From NCBI GenBank assembly GCA_031401095.1, contig JANNRD010000455.1, positions 1-33,548 of the forward strand: 33,548 bases of DNA, in the 5' to 3' direction. Both the position numbers and the translations under genes were made by a program. The notes beneath the pieces were generated by a model, which ran no database searches, was not told the DNA's origin, and saw only the letters and a program-made list of their open reading frames with translations. Of this stretch, positions 20,014 to 28,275 are shown one piece after another. Position 1 is the stretch's first letter. Each line of letters starts with the position of its first letter. This DNA is from Acidobacteriota bacterium. GTDB lineage: Bacteria > Acidobacteriota > Blastocatellia > RBC074.

Positions 20014-20090
20014 TTTCTTTTCAATCAGTTAGCAAACTCACCTCTCCTCGACTGAACAAATGAGCATCCGGTTAGAGAAGACACCTGAGC
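20014..20090 (+). repeat. R arm (element left end) directly following the full tRNA (attL-like junction)
   Basis: TTTCTTTTCAATCAGTTAGCAAACTCACCTCTCCTCGACTGAACAAATGAGCATCCGGTTAGA matches the R arms at 21093, 25282, 26310 and 27638 with a few differences. Confidence 0.75.
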
Positions 20091-20093
20091 AGC

Positions 20094-20444
20094 CTACATA
20101 GGAATCGGGCAGATGATGTTGACCCATTCGTCGGCTTCGGTCGTTGTCCAAATCAGGACCAACTCCTCGATCGCCGTATCCAGATCGGTCTTCTGAGAAA
20201 GTATCAAGACACCAGGGCTGTTTCGCCTCGTGATGAACTTCGCGAAATGTAGAGGCATCGTCCGCCGATCATGCGTGACGAGGATGCGGTTTTCCTGAGC
20301 TGCCAATTCAAGCACTTCATCATCAGGGAGACCCATGAGGCCGGCCGCATGCCCAGTTTGAAAGTCGATTCGGGGCTCGCGCCGGACGACACCGGCGATG
20401 ATGTCCTGATTGAAATCGTAGTCACCCTGGAAGCGGATTGTCAT
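20094..20444 (-). CDS. DUF5615-family PIN-like putative toxin
   Basis: 116 aa. MTIRF..D.D........V.RREPRIDFQT...AGL.GLPDDEVLELAAQENRILVTHDRRTM..HF is the typical DUF5615 pattern. Abuts the DUF433 gene. Confidence 0.75.
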   Translation of the reverse strand: MTIRFQGDYDFNQDIIAGVVRREPRIDFQTGHAAGLMGLPDDEVLELAAQENRILVTHDRRTMPLHFAKFITRRNSPGVLILSQKTDLDTAIEELVLIWTTTEADEWVNIICPIPM

Positions 20445-20753
20445 TCAGTCGGCCAGCGTTTTGTTCTTCGCCGCTTCGAGCTTACGGTAAAGGAGGGGAT
20501 AGGCCTCGCGAGCCTGCTTCCGCAGTTCCTCAAAGTCAGCCTCACCCTGTGCAAGGTAGGCGTCGACCTCTTCACGGTGCGAAAGGTAAAAGGTGATCGC
20601 GCCGTAAACCTGTTCGAGGTTTAGCAGAGGAAACGATTGGGCGATTGACTCAGGCGAAGCGCCGCGCAGAAAGGCGTAGACGAGGGAATCCAGAGAAATG
20701 CGGGTGCCGGTGATCCAGTACCCACCATCACGCTGTTCGACATACTGGCTCAT
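20445..20753 (-). CDS. DUF433-family putative antitoxin
   Basis: 102 aa. ITGTRISLDSLVYAFLRGASPESIAQSFP.L.LEQVYGAITFYL is the DUF433 core. Confidence 0.8.
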   Translation of the reverse strand: MSQYVEQRDGGYWITGTRISLDSLVYAFLRGASPESIAQSFPLLNLEQVYGAITFYLSHREEVDAYLAQGEADFEELRKQAREAYPLLYRKLEAAKNKTLAD

Positions 20754-20940
20754 TGCTTAGTCTCCTTAGCGACGCCAGTATATCATTCGCTTCTCATTTC
20801 GCTCCACTAGAACACTTTTTCCGGACGCGGTCGCGCAGACGACGTGACTGCGCAAGCTATCTCCCCACCCTATGTCATCTGTCATCGATCCCACCGACAA
20901 CTCCCGAGGCTGGCTTATCACCTCTCGCCCCTTCAGTAGG

Positions 20941-21204
<264 letters not shown>

Positions 21205-21359
21205 TTCCGAAAGGGGATGGGTGCTGGGTGGCTCGTGCGAGATCATGAGAGCTACCGCAATTCTTCCCTCGGGACCTCATGATTTAGCCCTCATGATTTA
21301 GGTTGATCCGGCAGGCAAGGAAATGCAGAATGAGAAGAGCAAACTGAAAAAAGGACCTT

Positions 21360-21667
21360 ATGAGCAGTGATTGCGTCCAGCGACAGGGCAACGAATACCG
21401 AGTCACGGGGAGTCGTGTTTCGCTCGATTCAATGTCTACGCCTTCTGGAACGGAGAAAGCGCCGAAACGATCGCACAGTCATTTCCCGTGTTGAGGCTGG
21501 AAGGGTCTACGGACCAATCGCCTTCGATCTCGCCCACAAGGATGAGGAGGATCGCTATCTCGAGCAGCGGCGCACCGATTACGAAGCCAAGCGCCAAGCT
21601 GCCCGCGACGCGGACCCAATGTTCTACCAGAGACTAGCCGAAGCGCGGCGTCAGTCGCTTACCTCCA
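21360..21667 (+). pseudogene. DUF433 antitoxin pseudogene (two frameshifts)
   Basis: Homology to the intact copy is split over three frames: MSSDCVQRQGNEYRVTGSRVSLDS, then VYAFWNGESAETIAQSFPVLRLEG, then VYGPIAFDLAHKDEEDRYLEQRRTDYEAKRQAARDADPMFYQRLAEA. Confidence 0.7.
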
Positions 21668-21982
21668 ATGAGAATTCGCTTTCTCGCTGACGCTGATCTC
21701 CACCAGACGATCGTAACGGCGGCCGTTCGTCGAGGACCGGGTCTTGACTTCATGACTGCGGCTGCCGCCGGGTTGGCGGGCCTGAATGATCTGCAATGCT
21801 CGACCGGGCCGCAGGTGAGGGTCGCGTCCTTGTTTCACACGACCAGGCGACGATGGCGGCACACTTCGCTGAATTCATCCAGCAGCGCGAGAGTCGCCTT
21901 GCAGAGAACGCGCCTGACGGCTCGCGCTGCAGGCGTGCAGACGCATTGCGCGCGGATCGGGTATGATGGGGCGGAGGACTGA
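21668..21982 (+). pseudogene. DUF5615 toxin pseudogene (frameshifted)
   Basis: MRIRFLADADLHQTIVTAAVRRGPGLDFMTAAAAGLAGLND in one frame. The expected continuation (VLDRAAGEGRVLVSHDQATMAAHFAEFIQQRES) is in another frame. Confidence 0.65.
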
Positions 21983-21985
21983 CTA

Positions 21986-22270
21986 ATGACCGCATTCATT
22001 GCTTCCAGGCGCGCGCAGATTCTCGAGCTGGCTCACCGCCACGGTGTGACGCGAGTCCGTGTCTTCGGCTCGATGGCACGGGGCGATGCTGGTCCCAGCA
22101 GTGACGTGGACCTCCTCGTGGACGTGGGGCCAGACCCGTCGCCATGGTTCCCGGGCGGCCTGGTCGCCGACCTCCAAAAGCTCCTCGGCCGCTCCGTACA
22201 GGTCGTGACCGAGCGGGCCCTCGACGATCTCCTGCGCGACCAAGTCCTCAGCGAGGCTGTGCCTCTGTGA
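21986..22270 (+). CDS. Nucleotidyltransferase (MNT/MntA-type) antitoxin
   Basis: 94 aa. RVFGSMARGDAGPSSDVDLLVD is the minimal NTase GS..x..DxD motif. The stop overlaps the GTG start of the HEPN gene (GTGA). Confidence 0.8.
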   Translation: MTAFIASRRAQILELAHRHGVTRVRVFGSMARGDAGPSSDVDLLVDVGPDPSPWFPGGLVADLQKLLGRSVQVVTERALDDLLRDQVLSEAVPL

Positions 22271-22599
22271 AGGACGATCGGGTCTTTCTGCGACACGTTC
22301 TTCGCTGCATCACACGCATCGAAGAGTATACGGCGGCTGGTCGGGACGCCTTCTTCTCTTCCTACCTGATTCATGACGCGACGCTCCGCAACCTACAAAC
22401 AATGGCCGAGTCCACACAACGACTGAGCGAGTCGGCGCGGGCGCTTCGCCCTGAGGTTGACTGGAAGGCGCTCGGTGGCTTCCGCAAGGTTCTGGTCCAC
22501 GACTATATCGGGGTGGACCTTGAGCATGTGTATCGGTCAGTAGAACGCGACGTTCCTCGGTTGAAGGAGGCATGTCAGGCCATCCTTGCTGCCCTTTGA
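22267..22599 (+). CDS. HEPN (DUF86/HepT-type) toxin
   Basis: GTG at 22267, in frame with ORF 22144..22599. R-x4-H motif present (RKVLVH). Typical DUF86 N-terminus KDDRVFLRHVL..I..IEEY. Confidence 0.8.
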   Translation: MKDDRVFLRHVLRCITRIEEYTAAGRDAFFSSYLIHDATLRNLQTMAESTQRLSESARALRPEVDWKALGGFRKVLVHDYIGVDLEHVYRSVERDVPRLKEACQAILAAL

Positions 22600-22739
22600 T
22601 CCAGGAAGGTAGCAAGCCGCACAACAACCGCTCGCACTCGACGGCCCTCGCGCCAAAACGGGCTCCAACCGCAGCGGCAGCGGACCGCTGGAAAGCGCCG
22701 GCGCTCGACGTGAGCGTTAGCCAGACGCAAGAGGCCTCG

Positions 22740-23933
22740 ATGACATCTCATCTAATACGACCTTTTCTCGCACTAATGGCCGCTGTCGTCCTCGCTGGAC
22801 AGACGACCCGGCCGTCCTTCGCGCCGGCACCAGCCAGCGATTCGTCAACTGCGGGATTCACCGCGCACACGATTGACTCCGGTCTCTCCGGCGGCTACCA
22901 GGTGGTTGTCGCCGATCTGAACCGCGATAGTAAGCCGGACATTATCGCGGTTGCCACCGGCCTCAAAGAACTTCGGTGGTACGAGAATCCGAGTTGGAAG
23001 CCACATGTGCTCGTCACCGGGATCAACCAGCCGATCAACGCGGCAGCGTACGACATCGACGGTGATGGCATTCCCGAGATCGCACTCGCGCACGAGTTCT
23101 CGAACGTCTACTTGAGCAGCCTCGGCGTCGTCTCGATCCTGACGCACCAGGGCGATCCAGGGGGGCTGTGGTCGATCAAGGAGATCGACCGCGTGCCGAC
23201 GTCGCACCGGCTGCGGTTCGCCGACATTGAAGGCATTGGCAGAAAAGTGCTTATAAACTTTCCGCTTATCGGATCGCAGGCGATCGCACCGGAGTATCGA
23301 GATCACGTATCCCTCGTGATGTATCGGCCTGGCCAATGGAAGCGTGAAATGATCACAAACATCGAGGAGGGCGTCGTGCACGGCATTCTAGCAACCGCCT
23401 GGGACGACGGTAAACGCGAGGCGTTGCTGAGTGCGAGCTTTCTCGGTGTCCACGCGCTGCAATTCGACAATGGCGACTGGAGACGCACACTCGTCGTGAA
23501 GGGCGATCCGACCGCCTGGCCGAAGAGTGGCTCGAGCGATGTGACCGCCGGACACCTTGGGCGGGAGCGCTTTGTAGCCACAATCGAGCCGTGGCATGGC
23601 AACAAGGTTGTGATCTATCGGCAGGACAAAGGCGCATGGAAGCGTCACGCCATCGACGAGACTATTGTCGACGGTCACACGATCGTCACTGGCGATTTCG
23701 ACGGCGACGGCCGTGACGAGCTCATCGTCGGCGAGCGGCAGGGCAAGCACAGCGTCTATCTTTATCGCGTGACGAATGTCAAGGAAGACATCTGGTCGAA
23801 GCAGCCACTCGACAGTGGGGGCATGGCGGCCGCCGGATGTGCGGTGGCGGATCTGAACGCCGACCAGCGGCCCGACGTGGTGTGCATCGGCACGGCGACC
23901 GCGAACTTGAGGTGGTACGAGAGTCGAAGGTAG
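22740..23933 (+). CDS. Secreted FG-GAP/VCBS-repeat beta-propeller protein
   Basis: ATG at 22740 with signal peptide MTSHLIRPFLALMAAVVLAGQ. Repeated xxADLNxDxxPDxx / DIDGDGIPE / GDFDGDGRDE Ca-binding FG-GAP-like loops. LRWYEN/LRWYES at both ends. Confidence 0.7.
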   Translation: MTSHLIRPFLALMAAVVLAGQTTRPSFAPAPASDSSTAGFTAHTIDSGLSGGYQVVVADLNRDSKPDIIAVATGLKELRWYENPSWKPHVLVTGINQPINAAAYDIDGDGIPEIALAHEFSNVYLSSLGVVSILTHQGDPGGLWSIKEIDRVPTSHRLRFADIEGIGRKVLINFPLIGSQAIAPEYRDHVSLVMYRPGQWKREMITNIEEGVVHGILATAWDDGKREALLSASFLGVHALQFDNGDWRRTLVVKGDPTAWPKSGSSDVTAGHLGRERFVATIEPWHGNKVVIYRQDKGAWKRHAIDETIVDGHTIVTGDFDGDGRDELIVGERQGKHSVYLYRVTNVKEDIWSKQPLDSGGMAAAGCAVADLNADQRPDVVCIGTATANLRWYESRR

Positions 23934-24116
23934 CTGGCCTCTTGAAATGCAGTTCGGCTTCTTGACAAATCGAGCGCCGATGCCGGGCTTTGGGCGCTGA
24001 ACATTTCAGTACTTGGGAACTAAGGTGAGGTTGCCTACGTGATCCTTCGCGGGGGAGTTGCCGACCGGGGCTCAGCCTCGTGGCTGGGTCTGGAATGCAG
24101 GGCACCACACCTTCAC

Positions 24117-24240
24117 TCACAAGAACATCCACAAGTGCCTGGACGGGTTACACGAGAACGGGGGATCGCCAAACCCCATCCACTCATTCATCATCGTGGC
24201 GTAGACACGGCGAAAATCCATCGTCATTTTCAGGTCGTCG
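24117..24240 (-). pseudogene. C-terminal fragment (~41 codons) of a DUF1501-family gene
   Basis: Minus-strand translation DDLKMTMDFRRVYATMMNEWMGFGD... matches the conserved DUF1501 C-terminus (D.L...TDFR.VYAT.L..WLG). The fragment begins abruptly at the att-core remnant. Confidence 0.5.
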
Positions 24241-24266
24241 GAGTCCTACCTGAGGAGCCATTCTTT
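24241..24266 (+). repeat. Degenerate att junction (last 20 nt of the tRNA core plus the first 6 nt of the R arm)
   Basis: GAGTCCTACCTGAGGAGCCATTCTTT is identical to the corresponding part of the other units. L arm and most of the R arm are absent. Confidence 0.7.
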
Positions 24267-24380
24267 CCCATAGTTTACAGCAGGTTATCCCAGCGCTCCC
24301 ATATAACGGGGGAATGCGCAACAAGGCTACCCGCGCAGCTCCGGTGCACGTGGACCGAGTTGGCACGACACCAGTCGTCG

Positions 24381-24641
24381 CTATTGGTAGGCCTTACTTC
24401 TGTGGCGAACGGAGATAATGCCAATAGCCTTTTGATCGTCGTCAATCGCGTAGACTACGCGATAATCACCTACTCGGACTCGCCAGAGATGCGTTTCAGT
24501 CGTGAGCTTTCGGCATCCTTTAGGGCGTGGTTCTTTGGCGAGAGCTTCGATCGTCGGAAAGATTCTCTGAACCAGCCTCGCAGGTAAGGACTCCAGTTCC
24601 TTCCGAGCGGATCGTGCAAAGGAAATGGAGTAGTCAGCCAT
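24381..24641 (-). CDS. RelE/ParE-family toxin
   Basis: 86 aa. SARKELESLP......I...I..LA..PRP.G.RKL......WRVRVGDYRVVYAIDD is the classic RelE/ParE pattern. Confidence 0.8.
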   Translation of the reverse strand: MADYSISFARSARKELESLPARLVQRIFPTIEALAKEPRPKGCRKLTTETHLWRVRVGDYRVVYAIDDDQKAIGIISVRHRSKAYQ

Positions 24642-24825
24642 TCAGTTTGCGTCGCTTGATGAGGCGCTCCTTGACGGAATTAAGCGACTCCCTCGGTTCT
24701 CTCGAGCGCTTGCGAGCCGTAAGACTGTCGTAAACATCTTCCCACACCTCTCCATGCTTCCGCAGATCGATTTGCACCGCGACCCGTTCACCCTTATCGT
24801 TGGTCAGAAAGTGAATGCCTTCCAT
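24634..24825 (-). CDS. Putative cognate antitoxin of the RelE/ParE toxin
   Basis: 63-aa ORF overlapping the toxin start by 8 nt. Charged C-terminus. Called from position and size only. Confidence 0.55.
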   Translation of the reverse strand: MEGIHFLTNDKGERVAVQIDLRKHGEVWEDVYDSLTARKRSREPRESLNSVKERLIKRRKLNG

Positions 24826-25131
24826 AAGAGACTCCTTTGAATTTGATCTTCACGGCATTATATATCGGCGACCGATCTCCGAAGAAAGACCAACCTGGAT
24901 TTCAGCGGTCTAACTAACGCTCAGCCTCTGGAATCCGGACTTTGGGGGCAACTTACGCCGAGAGGTGGCAAGGAGTCGGGTGAATGTGAAGTACCTCGCC
25001 CGCCGCATTGCATTCCATATCGAAGTGCTCACGGATCGCCACCGAATCGAATAGCGACTCCTATCGGGAGCCCTGAAAGGGAAGACCTGACGCTGCGAAT
25101 TTGCGTGGAGGCCAATGAAGAAGATCTTGGT

Positions 25132-25344
<213 letters not shown>

Positions 25345-25392
25345 TCTAGCCAACAGTAGCTTTGTCTTGTGCACAACCGAGACGGAAAATGT

Positions 25393-25845
25393 CTACGGTT
25401 TGGACCTGGCGCTGAAGTAATCGCTCCCACGCACCAGCTTCACCTCGCAGTAGTATTGAATCGCCTTGTAGTCGTCCCAGTCATTCGTCACGACAGCCGT
25501 CTTGGCTCGCTTGGCGCTGACCGCGATGAGCGCGTCCATCATCATTCTCTGACTGGCACCAAGCTTCAAAGGATGAACCTGGCCACCAGCCCTCTTCTTG
25601 CGGGTCTGGGAGAGCCAAAACAGAATGCGGTTGGCGAGTAGCCAGTCCTCAGAAGTCGGCACGATCAGCTTTTCTTCTTGTACTGCTGCCTGTCTCGTTG
25701 CCTCATGGGCTTTGCGGATGGAGTCGTCTGCAGCGCCGGACGTGAGTTCAGCCAAAACAACCGCTGACCAAAGATAGTGCTCCGGCACACTCTGAACTTT
25801 GTAGGCGATAATGACTGAGGTATCGAACGTGACGGGGGTCATCAA
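25393..25845 (-). CDS. PIN-domain toxin (VapC-like)
   Basis: 150 aa with acidic PIN residues in context (FDTSV, LAEL, MMDALIA, VVTND). Start overlaps the upstream small ORF by 4 nt. Confidence 0.75.
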   Translation of the reverse strand: MMTPVTFDTSVIIAYKVQSVPEHYLWSAVVLAELTSGAADDSIRKAHEATRQAAVQEEKLIVPTSEDWLLANRILFWLSQTRKKRAGGQVHPLKLGASQRMMMDALIAVSAKRAKTAVVTNDWDDYKAIQYYCEVKLVRGSDYFSARSKP

Positions 25846-26024
25846 GCACTTTTCCGGTGGTGCTGTTCGTAGGCCAAGCGGAACGAGCGAACCGTAAGTT
25901 CTTCAAGTGTTGGCTTCTTCTTCGATCGACGTTCGCCGTTCTGACTCGCAGCGTGGGCAGCGACGGCAACCGGCTTTTTCTTGGGAGCGCGTTTCAGGTT
26001 CGATTTGATCGTAGTCTTTGCCAT
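25842..26024 (-). CDS. Putative VapB-type antitoxin
   Basis: ATG at 26024 preceded by AAGGAG (MAKTTIKSNLKR...). 60 aa, basic, coupled to the PIN gene. The longer 86-aa version in the ORF track lacks an RBS. Confidence 0.5.
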   Translation of the reverse strand: MAKTTIKSNLKRAPKKKPVAVAAHAASQNGERRSKKKPTLEELTVRSFRLAYEQHHRKSA

Positions 26025-26158
26025 ACGGGTCTCCTTCGTCGGTCCGCATAATACCACGGTCTGCGGAAGCAATGATCGATACAAGACAGACGAACTCACC
26101 ATCTTGCTTTAATCGGTGAACAAATCCTCTCGAGCGGCAGACCTCTTGACTGAACTGA

Positions 26159-26423
<265 letters not shown>

Positions 26424-26591
26424 ACGGTTAGCTCTGGTGTCTAGCAAGGGCCTGCAGAGTCTCCGTCGTTTTCAGGGCCGTTCCCGAACCTCGTCAAGTG
26501 AATTGGGCCTTGAGGGTGACGATGAGCCATTACAAAACCGCTGACAACCGACCGCCGACAAATGTATGATGGCTCTTCCGGGGGGCTTCCA

Positions 26592-26717
26592 ATGTCTTCG
26601 AAGATCGCAGAAATTGTCAGTGAGCAGGTTCGGGTGCTACCGCCCGAGCAGCAACGCGAAGTGTTGGACTTTGTGGAGCGACTGTCAGCCAAACGCTGGG
26701 TTCTGTGCAGTTGGTGA
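26592..26717 (+). CDS. Orphan DUF2281-like mini-antitoxin (41 aa, probably truncated)
   Basis: MSSKIAEIVSEQVRVLPPEQQREVLDFVERLSAKR.. carries the LP.E.Q.EVLDFVEFL motif. No partner toxin follows. Not in the ORF track because it is under 60 aa. Confidence 0.4.
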   Translation: MSSKIAEIVSEQVRVLPPEQQREVLDFVERLSAKRWVLCSW

Positions 26718-26868
26718 CGACAAACGATAGAACCGCTGGCTGAGTGCTCAACCCGATTCCCGGTGTTCAACAGTCCGCTGGTTGCGTCGCCCCTTCGATA
26801 CCGCACCCACACCCTTTTTTAAATAGCTTTACATAGGCAGCTTGACGTCACCGCAGGGCGAGCCGCAA

Positions 26869-26905
26869 TTGATCGCCTTTCAACTTGAAGGTAGAATCCA
26901 AGTTG
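26869..26905 (+). promoter_or_regulatory. Candidate hicBA promoter with an operator-like inverted repeat
   Basis: TTGATC (26869-26874), 17-nt spacer, TAGAAT (26892-26897). CAACTTG (26881-26887) and CAAGTTG (26899-26905) bracket the -10. Confidence 0.4.
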
Positions 26906-26996
26906 TCGGTAGTGGATGGGCAGGCGGACTCTGACTTTGGGTGGCGCCTTTTCTTCGGGTATGACTGCACCTGAATAGAAGGGTGAGGTGGATGGT

Positions 26997-27203
26997 ATGA
27001 GTTTCACGATTGAAGTCGAACAAGAAGAGGACGGGCGCTGGTTAGCTGAGGTAATTGATCTCCCCGGGGCCTTGGTTTATGGGCAGACCCGAGATGAAGC
27101 TGTCGCGCGCGTCCAGGCGCTGGCGCTACGCGTTGTCGCGGACCAATTGGAGCACGGGGAAACCGCACCTCAGCAGGTGAGCGTGTCGTTCATCGGGGCA
27201 TGA
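26997..27203 (+). CDS. hicB: HicB-family antitoxin
   Basis: MSFTIEVEQEEDGRWLAEVIDLPGALVYGQTRDEAVARVQALA is the UPF0150/HicB N-domain. ATG at 26997 after GAGGTGG. Confidence 0.8.
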   Translation: MSFTIEVEQEEDGRWLAEVIDLPGALVYGQTRDEAVARVQALALRVVADQLEHGETAPQQVSVSFIGA

Positions 27204-27412
27204 GCCAATGGCCAACCACTAAGGCGAGAAGGGTGCTGGCCGCCCTGTTGCGCATCGGTTGGAGCATCAAGCGCCAGTCTGGATCGCACCGCACTCTCTC
27301 ACGGGCTGGCTGGCCCGATACGGTCTTTGCTTTTCACGATAGTGAAGAAATTGGCCCACGAATGCTGTCTCGCATTTCAAAATCGACTGGCTTGAAACCC
27401 GAAGACATTTAG
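27200..27412 (+). CDS. hicA: HicA-family mRNA interferase toxin
   Basis: 70 aa. ARRVLAALLRIGWSIKRQSGSHRTL.........FHDSEEIGPRMLSRISKSTGL is the HicA dsRBD-like motif. ATGA overlap with hicB. Confidence 0.85.
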   Translation: MSQWPTTKARRVLAALLRIGWSIKRQSGSHRTLSRAGWPDTVFAFHDSEEIGPRMLSRISKSTGLKPEDI

Positions 27413-27486
27413 GACCCGGCGAAGCCCGCCGAAGGCTCGACTGCAATGGAACCGTCGAAGTCACCGCGGATGGCGCTTCTTTCAGA

Positions 27487-27752
27487 CACTGAACAATTAC
27501 TGAACAATTTTGCGCCGAATACCCTGTAAAACGACATATCCAAGCCAACCAAGAAGCACGAAGAGACAACAGGACAGCAAACCTGCATTAGTCTGTTAAC
27601 CGGGGGGATGTAGGTTCGAGTCCTACCTGAGGAGCCATTCTTTTCAATGAGTTAGCAAACTCACCTCTCCTCGACTGAACAAATGAGCATCCGGTTAGAC
27701 AAGACGCCTGAAACGAGAGTGCCGTGTTTGTAGACACCTAATTCCGGTATTC
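27487..27752 (+). repeat. attP-like junction unit 4 (L arm, core, R arm)
   Basis: L arm 27487-27592. Core 27593-27637 with one substitution in the variable loop (GGGGGGATG). R arm 27638-27752. Confidence 0.8.
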
Positions 27753-27866
27753 GCGTCTCGCACGGCCCGAACTGTGCTGCCCAATAGTTCTGTTCACGAG
27801 CCGTCGCCATCTTTCGATATACCGCAGAGACGAACTCACCATAGGATGGGAGTGTAGGGGGCAACC

Positions 27867-28100
27867 ATGGCCGAACTGCAATTGCGAGAAGCAAGAAGGC
27901 AAAAGGGTTGGAATCAGCGGCAGGCGGCTCGACGGCTCGGTGTGTCTCAGGCTTATCTCTCTCTCCTTGAGGCAGGAATACGGCGTGTCCCCGAGAGGCT
28001 TTGCATAACGCAAACGTCGAGGTCCTTTCCATCCTGCCCGACGATTTCTCTCTGGGCTTGGCGCTGTACGAATCGCGCCTCGATAAGGGATACAGCCTAA
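27867..28100 (+). CDS. XRE-family HTH protein, probably a truncated or decayed antitoxin
   Basis: N-terminus LREARRQKGWNQRQAARRLGVSQAYLSLLEAG is a clean HTH_XRE. The remainder has no recognisable pattern. A PIN C-terminal remnant lies in another frame at 28022-28132. Confidence 0.45.
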   Translation: MAELQLREARRQKGWNQRQAARRLGVSQAYLSLLEAGIRRVPERLCITQTSRSFPSCPTISLWAWRCTNRASIRDTA

Positions 28101-28152
28101 CTGACTCTACCGCGATGACACCTGTACTCTGAACCTACTCCGTCGCAAGGTA

Positions 28153-28230
28153 CCGAAGAAGGTTCAGCACGCCGAAGGAAGGGTCAGCGCGCCGAAGGAG
28201 ATTCAGCACTCCGAAGGAGGTTCAGAGTAC
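28153..28230 (+). repeat. Four contiguous 19-20-bp direct repeats (CCGAAGGArGnTCAGmryn), iteron-like
   Basis: R1 28153-28171, R2 28172-28191, R3 28192-28210, R4 28211-28230. Bracketed by a perfect 15-bp inverted repeat (28122-28136 / 28218-28232). Confidence 0.8.
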
Positions 28231-28275
28231 AGCCTTTAGGCTGCCTTCTTTTGTCAAATGAGAAGGTTCTCTGAT

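Noticed and set aside
26441-26812. 123-aa minus-strand ORF in the HicBA cassette
   Set aside because: No family resemblance and odd composition. It overlaps the plus-strand DUF2281-like mini-ORF, which has a recognisable motif.
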